Shown here one piece after another: positions 39,775 to 50,550 of a DNA stretch of 64,000 nt. Each line of letters starts with the position of its first letter. The first letter of the stretch is position 1. The position numbers and the translations under genes were made by a program. The stretch is from Ignavibacteria bacterium. GTDB lineage: Bacteria; Bacteroidota; Ignavibacteria; Kapaibacteriales; UBA961. The stretch is taken from the NCBI GenBank assembly GCA_016720145.1, contig JADJXV010000024.1, forward strand, positions 130,726 to 194,725. Reading direction: 5' to 3'. The notes under the pieces are model-generated. The model had not been told where the DNA came from and did not search any database. It worked only from the letters and a program-made list of their open reading frames with translations.

Positions 39775-41118
39775 TTATTTACCTTTTTCCCGGAGAACAA
39801 TTTTTTCGAAAATATGATCACTTATTTCTTTACCGTTACGCATAGCTTCGTTGCAAGCATGAAAATAATGAATACCTGCATAGATACGGCTCATAGTCAC
39901 CTCTTGTGCAGCATCTAAGAAGGATTTAAAGGTTCTTTTTGTGAACCCGAACCGAACTTCTGTATCATCGACAAATCCCATATTGTCACCAAAAATATTC
40001 GTAAGCATTTGAGCTGCACACATTGATATAGTGCTGTGACCGCTCGTATGTTCGGGAAAAGGAGGAGTAGCAAAAAGTGGTCTCCATGATGAATCTATGT
40101 ACCTGTTGATATAGGTAATTGGTCGGATTGTATTGCTTCTGTATTTTTCTTTCCAGCAGGATATAAATCCATCGAACATGCTAACGCTCACTAATACATA
40201 GGCGGATATACTCTCCATCATTGTTTTGTTTTTCATTTTAAGGGCAATACCGGTAATATTAATCCAATGACCACCCGGTGATATTTGCTTGGTATTAAAC
40301 ATAAAGTGACCTTCGTGAAAAGATTTAATTGGACTGTCATCCCAATACCGCCCGATGAGTTCATGTTCTTTGGTCAAGCCCTTTGAAATAACATATACTT
40401 GCATGTTCTGGTCGTAAAACGGTGATCCTTTTTCTTTACTAAACGGCAGCGGTCCTCGTGGCTTAAATTGATTAACCGAATCAAGGGCGAGAGTCCGCAT
40501 GGTTCCAAAATACGGATCGAGAGGATCGGGGAAATCGGGTGGAGTAGGTTCCCAATTTTCCTCACCTTTCACAAAATTATACCGTGGCCTGCTTTGATTT
40601 TTGATATGACCATCATCTTTCATCCAAGTGATGACATGTTTCCCACAGCTTTCGCCAAATTCTATTGAATGTTTGATCACATCTTTCGGTGTGCCACCTG
40701 TTTCAATCTCATGAAGCTGTGCCTGGTACATACTGTCTGCGAGATTCGAACGGTAAAGTAGTTTGTTGACGACGGTTCGATATGCTTGTATTGCACTCAC
40801 TCTTGCATCGAGCTTTACATTCGCTTTGGGAGTTGGAAACTCCTTTAAATCCTTAATCTGTCCGGCAAGACTTCTGAAAGTAGTTCCGTAGCTGACTCGT
40901 GCTGCTTCATACGCTGCAATATTCGGGTACGTACAATTTCGCTTAGAAACGGCCGGTGAAAATCCATCAATCATCGTAATATTTGCAATCATAAGATTCC
41001 AGTCATGAATATATCCGGCGCCGGTACTATCCATTAATCCAACGGTCGGCAGTTCTGCTTTTGTCATCGTCAATGAACATAGTATCAGAACTGCAGTGAA
41101 TATAAATGTCTTTTTCAT
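39775..41118 (-). CDS. Secreted PAP2-superfamily protein (vanadium-haloperoxidase / acid-phosphatase-like)
   Basis: Signal peptide MKKTFIFTAVLILCSL. C-terminal SGHST and AGIHY PAP2 motifs. Confidence 0.65.
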   Translation of the reverse strand: MKKTFIFTAVLILCSLTMTKAELPTVGLMDSTGAGYIHDWNLMIANITMIDGFSPAVSKRNCTYPNIAAYEAARVSYGTTFRSLAGQIKDLKEFPTPKANVKLDARVSAIQAYRTVVNKLLYRSNLADSMYQAQLHEIETGGTPKDVIKHSIEFGESCGKHVITWMKDDGHIKNQSRPRYNFVKGEENWEPTPPDFPDPLDPYFGTMRTLALDSVNQFKPRGPLPFSKEKGSPFYDQNMQVYVISKGLTKEHELIGRYWDDSPIKSFHEGHFMFNTKQISPGGHWINITGIALKMKNKTMMESISAYVLVSVSMFDGFISCWKEKYRSNTIRPITYINRYIDSSWRPLFATPPFPEHTSGHSTISMCAAQMLTNIFGDNMGFVDDTEVRFGFTKRTFKSFLDAAQEVTMSRIYAGIHYFHACNEAMRNGKEISDHIFEKIVLREKGK

Positions 41119-41192
41119 TGTATTCCTTTCATTCAATTGTTTGCAAACCTATAATATAATTATATCTTATCGGCCCTTGTAGTATCAGTTGT

Positions 41193-42560
41193 CTAACGGA
41201 CCGGTAATCTTTTCGTAGCGAAGAGTTTTGTAAGTTTCGGAAAATTCCCAAAAAAACTTTCATTGTTCATTCGGTAGGTGAGGAGGATACCTATACTCCC
41301 AAGGACTATATTACCCATCCACATGCCTAAAGCAGGAGAAAGCATATTTCTGTCAGCGAGCTTTTCACCACCAATGAGCGACGCCCAGTAAATCACATAA
41401 ACACCAAGTGAAATCGCTGCACCGATGCCAAAATTACCACGTTTCGACATGATTCCCAAAGGACAGCCAATAAAAACAAACACAAAACACGCAAAAGGAA
41501 TTGAGTATTTTTTATCAATTTCAACCGAATACTTCCGAATCTGAGAATTGTAGTCAGACAGTTGGTAGCATTGGGATTCAATCGACGAGCGAAATATCGA
41601 GATGCGGTTTACTGCGCGTTCCAAGGCTTCACTTCTCGAAAGTTTGACTGGTACAGAAGTATCTGAGAGAATAGTATCGGGCGGTTGATTGGGTGATAAA
41701 TGTTTAAAAATTCCACTTGTTATGAGACTATCTAGACTACGTCGGTTACTATCAGCCACATCGACCACTGCCTGCATATCCTGAATGCGCATTTCACGGT
41801 CACCACGGGAGAATACTTTGTCATCCGACCGTGAGAATGCAAAGTCATGCGCGTCAATCGTAAGCTGATGTTTACTAAAAGATATTTTGCGAAATTCTTT
41901 CGAATTATTACGGAAAAACTGATGAATTTCACCATTGTTGAGCACAACAATCAGCTTGGTAAAGTCAGAATTAAATTTAATTTCTCCCGTATCTGCAGAC
42001 ACAACATTACTCTGATTCTGACGGAGATTATCATAAATTGTCACACCTTTTAATGCGCCGGTTGTCGAGTCTACCGAACGTGAAAGTATTGTATATCCAT
42101 CGAGTTGCGTCGAAAATTGTCCGGATTCGACGGCAAAAGTCGGTTTTTTCTTCTGAATATCCTGCATGAGTATTTTAAATCTATGATTTGAGTCCGGCAG
42201 GACATCGTCATTGAAGCGATACATTCCGTAAAACGCCAGAAAACCAAAAAGGATAACCGGTAACATCATACGCACGAGACTTCCGCCACTTGCTTTAACA
42301 ATCGTAATTTCATGCGCAGCCGACATCCCGCCAAATGCCATTAGTGTGGAGAATAAAACGCCCATTGGCACCGCAAGCACAACCATCCAGGAGAGAGAAA
42401 GCGCTATGACTTGCAAAATCACCGTTGTTTCAAGTCCCTTGCCGAGGAGCCTGTCGAGGTTGTTCATGAGGAACTGCATTAAAAACAAGAACATCACAGT
42501 CAGCGTTCCGAAGAAAAACGGACCTATATGAAACCGTACAACATACCAGGCAAGAATCAT
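41193..42560 (-). CDS. LptF/LptG-family (YjgP/YjgQ) permease
   Basis: Six-TM architecture with a large periplasmic insert between TM3 and TM4. 455 aa. Confidence 0.7.
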   Translation of the reverse strand: MILAWYVVRFHIGPFFFGTLTVMFLFLMQFLMNNLDRLLGKGLETTVILQVIALSLSWMVVLAVPMGVLFSTLMAFGGMSAAHEITIVKASGGSLVRMMLPVILFGFLAFYGMYRFNDDVLPDSNHRFKILMQDIQKKKPTFAVESGQFSTQLDGYTILSRSVDSTTGALKGVTIYDNLRQNQSNVVSADTGEIKFNSDFTKLIVVLNNGEIHQFFRNNSKEFRKISFSKHQLTIDAHDFAFSRSDDKVFSRGDREMRIQDMQAVVDVADSNRRSLDSLITSGIFKHLSPNQPPDTILSDTSVPVKLSRSEALERAVNRISIFRSSIESQCYQLSDYNSQIRKYSVEIDKKYSIPFACFVFVFIGCPLGIMSKRGNFGIGAAISLGVYVIYWASLIGGEKLADRNMLSPALGMWMGNIVLGSIGILLTYRMNNESFFGNFPKLTKLFATKRLPVR

Positions 42561-42677
42561 AATTCTAATACAAGAGATTTTGGTAAATTTGTGACAAGAC
42601 GTGAGTCGGATTAATAACGCACAAATATTATCGACAGAACATTTTCCACCAATTATTACAGCAAAAATAAAAGATAT

Positions 42678-43682
42678 ATGATGAAAGCATTCGTATTACG
42701 GAAAGAAACATCAGAATTGCAATTAGAAACGCTGCAAATTCCTGTAATTGGTGACAATGATGTTTTAATCAAAATGAAATCCGCAGCTCTGAATCGACGC
42801 GATGTATGGATTTGTAAAGGTAAATATGCAAAAATTGAATATCCTGCCGTGCTTGGTTCGGACGGAAGTGGAATTGTCGAAAAGATAGGCAATAACGTAA
42901 GCAAAGAGTGGCTCGGTCAAGAAGTGGTCATTCATCCATCACTCAATTGGGGCGAGAATCCCTCCGCACAAAGCAAGAATTACTCCATACTCGGTATGCC
43001 TACTCAAGGTACACTCGCTGAATATTGCGCCGTACCTGCTGAGAACATCTTCCCAAAACCCGTTCATCTTTCCTTTGACGAAGCCGGCGCCTTTCCACTT
43101 GCGTATCTCACCGCATATCGTGCTGTAGTGCGTCAGGCAAATGTTCTACCGGGACACAAAGTTCTGATTACCGGAATCGGTGGCGGTGTAGCTCTTGCTG
43201 CATTCGATATTGCCCGTGCACTTGGCGCTCGTGTCTATGCCACAACAAGTAGCGATGACAAGCTCCTCAAATTTGGACTCCTCGGTGGCAATGGTGGCGC
43301 AATTTATACGACCGACAATTGGGATAGTGATGTGATGATGGCGACCAATGGATTTGATGTGATAATCGACAGTGCAGGTGGTCCGAACTTCAACAAACTC
43401 ACTAATATCACCGTGCCGGGCGGTACAATAGCCGTTTATGGAGCTACAGTAGGCGCAGTGCCAGAGTTAAATCTGCACAGAATATTCTGGAAACAGCTCA
43501 AAATTATAGGTTCGACGATGGGGAATACTGACGACTTCCGAGATATGCTCGCCTTCATGAATACACACAAGCTTCGACCTGTGATCGACTCCGTGTTTAC
43601 ATTTGAGAATACTCCTAATGCATTTACACGCATGGCTGCTTCTGAACAGTTCGGTAAAATTGTTGTGCGGATTAGTGAGTAG
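42678..43682 (+). CDS. Zinc-type alcohol dehydrogenase / quinone oxidoreductase (MDR superfamily)
   Basis: GroES-like N-domain. Rossmann GxGxxG (ITGIGGGVA). Confidence 0.8.
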   Translation: MMKAFVLRKETSELQLETLQIPVIGDNDVLIKMKSAALNRRDVWICKGKYAKIEYPAVLGSDGSGIVEKIGNNVSKEWLGQEVVIHPSLNWGENPSAQSKNYSILGMPTQGTLAEYCAVPAENIFPKPVHLSFDEAGAFPLAYLTAYRAVVRQANVLPGHKVLITGIGGGVALAAFDIARALGARVYATTSSDDKLLKFGLLGGNGGAIYTTDNWDSDVMMATNGFDVIIDSAGGPNFNKLTNITVPGGTIAVYGATVGAVPELNLHRIFWKQLKIIGSTMGNTDDFRDMLAFMNTHKLRPVIDSVFTFENTPNAFTRMAASEQFGKIVVRISE

Positions 43683-43841
43683 GGTTCCACTGCCTACAAA
43701 TCTTTTTAACGTAAGAAGTAAGCGTTGTAATTGAGACTTCGACAAACTCAGTCTGACGAATAACTTACCGTCAAACTGAACTTGCCATGGACAATTCAAT
43801 TACTCCCGATATTTCGTACGTTGATATCAAGAAAATAGATA

Positions 43842-44192
43842 TTACGCTCCCCCCGCACCTTTGAATTTATCTTCCTCAAACCAAAAGAGAAAGTTGAATG
43901 AAGTGAGCGAACCGTACGAACGGGTAATGTAGTTCTGATATTTAATCTTCTCGCCGTCGGTGAGATTTTTGTCGGAATTGATTTGCTGTTCGAGTACGCG
44001 GAGATTATCACGCACCATGATAACCTTACTTAAGAATTTATCGATGGGAATTTCATGTTCCTTGGCATCTTTATCGGCGGGAATAAATCGGAGAGTACCA
44101 CCTTTCCATTTGGGGGCATGTTCACCTGCAGTACGCTTTTCCATTTCATTGACAAGAGCTTTCGCAAGCTCGTGAATTTCAGAATAATCCAT
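43842..44192 (-). CDS. Hypothetical protein
   Basis: 116-aa ORF with good coding statistics. Confidence 0.4.
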   Translation of the reverse strand: MDYSEIHELAKALVNEMEKRTAGEHAPKWKGGTLRFIPADKDAKEHEIPIDKFLSKVIMVRDNLRVLEQQINSDKNLTDGEKIKYQNYITRSYGSLTSFNFLFWFEEDKFKGAGGA

Positions 44193-44279
44193 GTATTTTT
44201 GTATAAATAAGTGATAGAAATAAGAAGAATAATTCTATAAAATAAAGGACTTACGCAAGTCCGACACAGCGCAAAACCA

Positions 44280-45575
44280 ATGACAAGCGAAATTAAAGAA
44301 AATTTAGCACAAATCCTCGAAAAATTATTCTCTCTCCACAGGTTCGGTATAAAGCCCGGACTTGAGCGCACGGAAATGCTTTTGGATATTCTCGGGAATC
44401 CTCATCGGCTCTTCCCGTCGGTGCATGTCGCCGGCACCAATGGCAAGGGTTCGACCTGCTCGTTCATCGCCGCTGCACTCACTGCCGGTGGCTATAAAGT
44501 CGGACTCTACACGTCGCCGCATATCCACCGCTTCAACGAACGTATCCGTATCAATGGTTGTGAAAGTGATGATGAATCTGTTGTTAGACTCGCTCGTCCT
44601 CTCCTCGCCGAGGCAGAAATGCAACACACGACATTCTTTGAAATTACGACAGCAATGGCATTTGCCTACTTTGCCGAACAGAATGTCGATATAGCAATCA
44701 TCGAGACCGGGCTCGGCGGACGCCTAGATAGTACAAATGTGCTTTCACCCCTTGTAAGTGTAATTACTTCCATAGACTTCGACCATACTCAGTTCTTGGG
44801 ATTGACCCTCAAATCTATAGCCGGAGAAAAAGCAGGTATTATCAAAAAAGACACTCCGGTAGTCATTGCTGAGCCGCGCGCAGAACTTCGCAATATATTT
44901 ATTACGAAAGCCGAACAAGAAAATGCACCCCTGACTTTTGTACATGATAAATACTCCGCTGAAATTCTCGAAATGCACGTAGATTTCTCAATGGATGTAC
45001 AGATTACTTCACCTGATAAGAAGTTCGAACGCCTCAAATCCTCGCTCTCAGGCAACCATCAACTTCAAAATATCCTAGCCGCCATCGAAACGCTGAATAT
45101 TCTCTCGTCATCCTTTCCAATTACAGACTCTGACCTGAGGATTGGATTCGAACATGTCGCGAAATTCTCAGGAATCCGAGGTAGAATTCAGCTTTTAGCG
45201 TCCAATCCACCGCTCGTTATCGATGTCGGTCACAATCCCGCCTGTTTGCGTCAATTAATCTCAACACTTTCACTAAGTGGTTATGAATCAGTTAAATGGC
45301 ACATCGTCTTCGGCGCGATGGCAGACAAAGACATCCACGAAATGCTAGGCATCCTCGCTCCGATTACGAAGCATCTCTATGCAGCAACTATTGATTACGA
45401 ACGTGCTATGGCAGCAAGAGATATCGCTGCAATCGCTCATCAATTTGAGGTGCCGGTGACAGAGTATAACGACGTGCGCTCAGCAGTTCTTGCCGCGAGA
45501 ACACAAAATGAAGAACCCCTCATCGTTGGTTCGTTTTTCCTCGCTGATGAAGCTTTGGCTGCGCTGGGTATGTGA
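44280..45575 (+). CDS. folC: Folylpolyglutamate synthase / dihydrofolate synthase
   Basis: P-loop HVAGTNGKGST. Mur-ligase central and C-domain patterns. Confidence 0.85.
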   Translation: MTSEIKENLAQILEKLFSLHRFGIKPGLERTEMLLDILGNPHRLFPSVHVAGTNGKGSTCSFIAAALTAGGYKVGLYTSPHIHRFNERIRINGCESDDESVVRLARPLLAEAEMQHTTFFEITTAMAFAYFAEQNVDIAIIETGLGGRLDSTNVLSPLVSVITSIDFDHTQFLGLTLKSIAGEKAGIIKKDTPVVIAEPRAELRNIFITKAEQENAPLTFVHDKYSAEILEMHVDFSMDVQITSPDKKFERLKSSLSGNHQLQNILAAIETLNILSSSFPITDSDLRIGFEHVAKFSGIRGRIQLLASNPPLVIDVGHNPACLRQLISTLSLSGYESVKWHIVFGAMADKDIHEMLGILAPITKHLYAATIDYERAMAARDIAAIAHQFEVPVTEYNDVRSAVLAARTQNEEPLIVGSFFLADEALAALGM

Positions 45576-45630
45576 GGCAAATGTATGGATGATCATATCG
45601 AAACGGTAATCAATAAATATTTGTTTTAAT

Positions 45631-45714
45631 GCAATTCCGGTAGAGACGCGATGCATCGCGTCTCTACAAATATGCAATTTCCGTAGAGACGAGATGCATC
45701 GCGTCTCTACAAAT
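45631..45714. repeat. Two tandem copies of a 28-bp perfect palindrome (GTAGAGACGCGATGCATCGCGTCTCTAC) in ~42-bp units
   Basis: Read directly, in a convergent intergenic region. Confidence 0.9.
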
Positions 45715-45769
45715 CACCCTGTATTTATGCAATCGTAGAATATTACCAACCGAACCCAACCATCCCTTC

Positions 45770-45818
45770 CCCACAAAAAACAACAGCCGCCCATTCGCAA
45801 GACGAATGGGCGGCTGTT
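45770..45818 (-). terminator. Rho-independent terminator of rny
   Basis: CAGCCGCCCATTCG-caaga-CGAATGGGCGGCTG with an A-run on + (T-run on -). Confidence 0.8.
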
Positions 45819-45835
45819 CTAGAGAGAGGAGAATC

Positions 45836-47419
45836 TTACTTTGCCAGTCCGTAGCTGCGGTGCTCGCGGATGACGGTTACTTTGATTTGTCCGGGGTATT
45901 CCATTTCGTTCTCGATGCGCGATGCCAGGTCATGTGCGAGCTGGTCTGCATGGAGATCGTCGATGCGTTCGGGCTCGACGATAACGCGCACTTCGCGTCC
46001 TGCTTGGATTGCGAAGGTCTTGGTCACACCATCAAAGCTGGTCGCGAGCTCTTCGAGTTTTTCGAGACGCTTCACGTAATTTTCGACGGACTCACGACGC
46101 GCTCCGGGGCGTGCGCCGCTGATACTGTCTGCAGCTTGGACGAGGACGGCGATTGCGCTTTCCATTTCGATATCGTCATGGTGGGCGCCGATGGCATTGC
46201 AGATGAGAGGATGTTCTTTGTATTTTTTGGCGAGCTCCATACCGAGGAGTGCGTGTGGACCTTCCACTTCGCGGTCAACGCATTTTCCGATGTCGTGGAG
46301 GAGTCCGGCGCGCTTGGCTTGATGGACGTCGAGACCGAGTTCGACAGCCATAATTCCGCACAAAAAGCCCACTTCAATCGAGTGATGCAAGAGATTCTGC
46401 CCATAACTTGAGCGGTATTTCATACGTCCGACATAGCGGGTTATTTCGGGATGGACGTTGTGGATATTGAGCTCCAAGAGGGCGTTTTCGCCCACACGAA
46501 TGATTTCTTCTTCGAGTTCTTTACGGGTTTTATTCACCACTTCTTCGATACGTGCGGGGTGAATTCTACCGTCTCCCATGAGGCGTTCGAGCGCGACGCG
46601 TGCCACTTCGCGGCGGAATGGGTCAAATCCCGAGATGACAACAGCTTCCGGCGTGTCATCGATAATGAGATCGATACCCGTTGCCGACTCAAAGGCGCGG
46701 ATATTCCGGCCTTCGCGACCGATGATACGACCTTTCATTTCTTCGCTTGCGATATTGAGCACGGAGACGGTTGTCTCGACCGAGTGGTCGGATGCGGTGC
46801 GTTGAATTGCTTGGATTACAAGGCGTTGCGCTTCTTTGTTGGCTGTGATTTTCGCCTCGTCGCGCACATCTTTGATGAGCTGTGCTGCTTCGGTTTTGGC
46901 GTCGTTAATCATATTTTCCATGAGGAATTTTTTGGCATCATCGCGTGACATACCGGTGATGCGTTCAAGACGCACGGTTTGTTCGTTGGCGAGATGCTCG
47001 ACTTCTTTCATTTTTTCTTGAACTGCGACTTCTCTTTCGGTGATAAGTTCTTGTTTCCTTTGGAAATCTTTTTCGGTTAGCTGTACTTGTTTCTCTTTAC
47101 GGGAGATGAGTTCTAATTTATTTTCAACTCCTTCTTCGCGTGATTTGAGCTGCTTTTCCTGTGCTTGCATTTTATTGCGTTTTACGTTAGCATCGGCTTC
47201 AAATTCTTGTTTACGTTTGTGCCATTCTTCTTTTGCTTCGAGAAGTTTTTCTTTTTTCATAGACTTAGCTTCTTTATCCGCTTCATCCAAGATCGCTTTT
47301 TTACGTTGCTCAGCATCTGCAATTTTTGCTATTGCGGTCTTATTGCCGGCAAAATAGGAGAGTCCAAAGCCGACGATGAGGCCAACTATGCTCAGAATTA
47401 TAATTGTTACTTCATTCAT
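45836..47419 (-). CDS. rny: Ribonuclease Y
   Basis: N-terminal TM, coiled-coil, KH domain, HD domain (HDIGK). Start taken at MNEVTII; the ORF-track start at 47572 is an over-extension. Confidence 0.9.
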   Translation of the reverse strand: MNEVTIIILSIVGLIVGFGLSYFAGNKTAIAKIADAEQRKKAILDEADKEAKSMKKEKLLEAKEEWHKRKQEFEADANVKRNKMQAQEKQLKSREEGVENKLELISRKEKQVQLTEKDFQRKQELITEREVAVQEKMKEVEHLANEQTVRLERITGMSRDDAKKFLMENMINDAKTEAAQLIKDVRDEAKITANKEAQRLVIQAIQRTASDHSVETTVSVLNIASEEMKGRIIGREGRNIRAFESATGIDLIIDDTPEAVVISGFDPFRREVARVALERLMGDGRIHPARIEEVVNKTRKELEEEIIRVGENALLELNIHNVHPEITRYVGRMKYRSSYGQNLLHHSIEVGFLCGIMAVELGLDVHQAKRAGLLHDIGKCVDREVEGPHALLGMELAKKYKEHPLICNAIGAHHDDIEMESAIAVLVQAADSISGARPGARRESVENYVKRLEKLEELATSFDGVTKTFAIQAGREVRVIVEPERIDDLHADQLAHDLASRIENEMEYPGQIKVTVIREHRSYGLAK

Positions 47420-47787
47420 AATAGAATCTTTTACCTTTCTTTGTACGTTGAGATTGAGGTTGTAAGTATGGAAAATAATAAAGCCGCACCACCCTTTCGT
47501 TGTCAGAAAGATGCAGTAAAAGAACTCTGCTTCACACACGGTGGGTGGCTCCCGTATATATTTTACGTCCACTGAATCCCGCTATTGAACTTCTCAGAAG
47601 TTCGGAGATTTCTGCCTTACGACAGATGAGGCCTGTAATTTATAGTCGGAGAATGCCTCCCAATGAAATTAAATATCAGTTCTTTTATTTGCGTGCGACA
47701 ACGAAACGATGATGCGGCTAAGCATCTGTAAATTAAATATGTTCTAAATTAATTTGTACTATAATTATGATATGATTTTGCAAAGGA

Positions 47788-48075
47788 TTACTTGTCTTTT
47801 TTCCAGCATTGTTCGAGAAAACGTGCCATTTTATCGAGCTCAGAAGTAATTAATTCTCTGTCAGAATTCGCCTGAAGGGTAATATCATACTTTAGCTCAG
47901 CAAGATTAAGAGCAGCCACCACAGCAAGAGTGGAGGTAGATTGATCTTGTAATTTACCTTGAAGTTGTTGGAATTGGGAATCTACTTCAGCAGCACATTC
48001 GAGGATTTTTTGTTCATTTTCTCCACGTAATGTGTATTCTTTTGCACCGATTTTAACGCGTATACTTTGGATCAT
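47788..48075 (-). CDS. zapA: Cell division protein ZapA
   Basis: 95 aa. V.I.G..Y.L pattern and ALNLAEL. Directly upstream of rny. Confidence 0.7.
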   Translation of the reverse strand: MIQSIRVKIGAKEYTLRGENEQKILECAAEVDSQFQQLQGKLQDQSTSTLAVVAALNLAELKYDITLQANSDRELITSELDKMARFLEQCWKKDK

Positions 48076-48792
48076 TCAAATATCATTTTAGTTGACAATG
48101 TTAAGAGTCGCACTATAAAATTACGGTAAAACTACAATCGTACCAACTAATTTTTCTTTTTACAGGAATATTTTATTTTTTTTTTAAAGCAAGCATGAAA
48201 ATTGAGGTGAAATTTGTGCCGTAGATCTACTTTACAGTGAAGAAAACTATAAATACATCGCTCTTTGACATACTTTCTTCTGTATTTTTATACAAGATGA
48301 ATAGTTGGTTTGTTTCGTAAACATAAGATCAGGTACTCCACTGTAATGAATGTCATTTATGGAGCTAAGAATCAAGCTTAACTCATAAACTGAAGTAGAT
48401 AGATATGTTTATAATACGATATTAGTTATTTTAATGTGCACAAGAGCTTATATGTCAATTGGATACATTTTTATCTAAATGTGAGTTTACCTGAATTCAA
48501 ATGAGAAGGTATGAATAATGTAATTCATTTATTATACAATGAAAATTATATGGGTAGATGAATGTGTAGCTTTGTAAGCCATCGGTTAGTTTCAATCTGA
48601 GGATAAACCTCTTAAGTCTATACTATTATAGATAGATTTTTAGAATTGAAGATGTTTAGATGTAGGAAATTCATTTTTTAACTGTATTTTTGTCGGAAAT
48701 CTCGCAGAATCAGCGCGTTGCTACGCTTGTAATTGCATGATTTTACCTAATTATCTGAAATAAATTTGTTCCATTATTATGAAAGATTCACC

Positions 48793-50550
48793 ATGAATAT
48801 TCTTGAATCATTTTTCAACAAGTCTTTTCTAAGGCTTACTAGTTTTTTTGTTCTGCTATGCGCTATGCAGCTTACTCCAACTACTCTTACATCCCAAGAG
48901 CCGACATGGCAATGGGCTAAAAGCGGCGGTGGCACAGGTTCGGATGCCGGTACTGCAGTTACAACTGATGCATCGAATAACATCTACACCTGCGGCAGAT
49001 TCTCCGGTTACTCGCTATTCGGCTCTACTCCGCTCACAAGCTCTGGTCAGACTGATGTGGTCATCGCCCGTTATAATGCTAGCGGCGCGTGTTTATGGGC
49101 GGTCAAAGGTGGTGGTACAGGTGCAGACGAACCCAACGCAATAACAACCGATGACAGCGGTAATGTCTATGTCACCGGTTTCTTTTCAGGCACAGCCACA
49201 TTTGGTGCAGCAACACTTGTCAGCATAGGTGGACGCGATGCTTTTGTCGTGAAATACAATGCAGCAGGAGTAGTTCAATGGGCTCGTCGTGGAGGATCTG
49301 TCGGCAATGAAGCAGGCAACAGTATTGCAGTCGATGCAAGTAGAAATATATATATTACAGGTGTTTACTCTGATTCTACTAAATTCGGTTCACTCGCCAA
49401 GCTCACTTCTGTTGGTCAATCGGATATATTCCTTCTTCAGTATAATTCAAGCGGTACCGAACAATGGTCCAAGTCAATTGGCGGCACTGGTACGGATGCA
49501 GGTAATGATATTACCGTCGATGCATCGAGTTTGTATTTATCCGGCAGCTATAATGGATCAATAATTATTGGTACCGATACACTCATTTCTCAGGGAAATT
49601 CAGATGCTTTTGTTGCCAAATTTAACACAAGTGGTGTAGCGCAATGGGCACGAAGCGGTGGCGGGACAGGCATTGATGCAGGAATTGCACTCGCGCTTGA
49701 TGCTACAAGTAATGTAATTGTCACAGGAAATTTTGAACAAAAAGCATACTTTGGAAATGATAGTGTGACATCTGCCGGAAATAATGATGTATTCTTAGTA
49801 AAGTACAACTCAAGCGGCGCATTCCAATGGGTGCGACGTGGAGGCGGTGCTGATGGTGACTACAGTCAAGATTTAGCAATTGATTTGACCGGAAATATTT
49901 ACCTAACAGGATTTTATAGCAATTCTACGACATTTGGCTCACGGACGGTGTCTTCTTCCGGGCTAACAGATTTATTTGTCGCTAAATATACATCTGCAGG
50001 CAGTATAAGCTGGTTGCAACGAGCCGGTGGAAGCGATTATGACTTTCCGTATGGCGTAGCAGCAGATAAGCTCGGTAATATATTTGTCGTGGGCGATTAT
50101 TACTATCAATCGACATTCTGGACGACAAATTTGAACGCACTCGGAAATTATGATTTTTTCATCGCCCGCTTATCCGATATTATAACCAATGATGCAGGTA
50201 TAATTTCTATTAATTTCCCGACAGCTCCTTTTCCTCAAGGTCCTGCAGCCGTAACCGCTACAATCAAGAACTTCGGGATAAATCAAATTGACAGTGTTAG
50301 AATTAATTGGTCATTTAATGGAGTGGCTCAAGCACAGATTGTCTATCGAACTCCTCTCGGTGTAGGTCAAACTGCTACCGTACCTCTCGGTACACCTACC
50401 TTCCCGCCAAAAACATTCTCTGAAGTAATTGCTACGACGACGCTTCCCAATAATACAGCTGACTACAACGAAGCAAATGATGGTCGTATTGGTCTTGGCG
50501 GACCCCGGACTCGCACGAGGTGTTTATACACTCGGCGGTTCGCCTGCTGA
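48793..50550 (+). CDS. N-terminal portion of a giant secreted T9SS cargo protein (SBBP beta-propeller repeats). It is split from the downstream ORF by a frameshift.
   Basis: Signal peptide. Repeated ...G.TD....A.DA.GN.Y..G.F.G...FG... units, typical of SBBP repeats. Confidence 0.7.
   Translation: MNILESFFNKSFLRLTSFFVLLCAMQLTPTTLTSQEPTWQWAKSGGGTGSDAGTAVTTDASNNIYTCGRFSGYSLFGSTPLTSSGQTDVVIARYNASGACLWAVKGGGTGADEPNAITTDDSGNVYVTGFFSGTATFGAATLVSIGGRDAFVVKYNAAGVVQWARRGGSVGNEAGNSIAVDASRNIYITGVYSDSTKFGSLAKLTSVGQSDIFLLQYNSSGTEQWSKSIGGTGTDAGNDITVDASSLYLSGSYNGSIIIGTDTLISQGNSDAFVAKFNTSGVAQWARSGGGTGIDAGIALALDATSNVIVTGNFEQKAYFGNDSVTSAGNNDVFLVKYNSSGAFQWVRRGGGADGDYSQDLAIDLTGNIYLTGFYSNSTTFGSRTVSSSGLTDLFVAKYTSAGSISWLQRAGGSDYDFPYGVAADKLGNIFVVGDYYYQSTFWTTNLNALGNYDFFIARLSDIITNDAGIISINFPTAPFPQGPAAVTATIKNFGINQIDSVRINWSFNGVAQAQIVYRTPLGVGQTATVPLGTPTFPPKTFSEVIATTTLPNNTADYNEANDGRIGLGGPRTRTRCLYTRRFAC

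Noticed and set aside
45806-47575. Several 60-200-aa ORFs antisense to or out of frame within rny (and similar ORFs inside the TonB-dependent receptor, hutI, dnaN and ligA)
   Set aside because: They lie entirely inside well-supported longer genes on the other strand or frame. High-GC-third-position regions commonly generate such shadow ORFs.
48076-48765. 690-bp AT-rich non-coding stretch upstream of the giant cargo gene, examined for tRNA or ncRNA
   Set aside because: No cloverleaf-compatible GTTCGA / T-loop motifs or conserved structures were recognised. It is most likely a promoter or UTR region.
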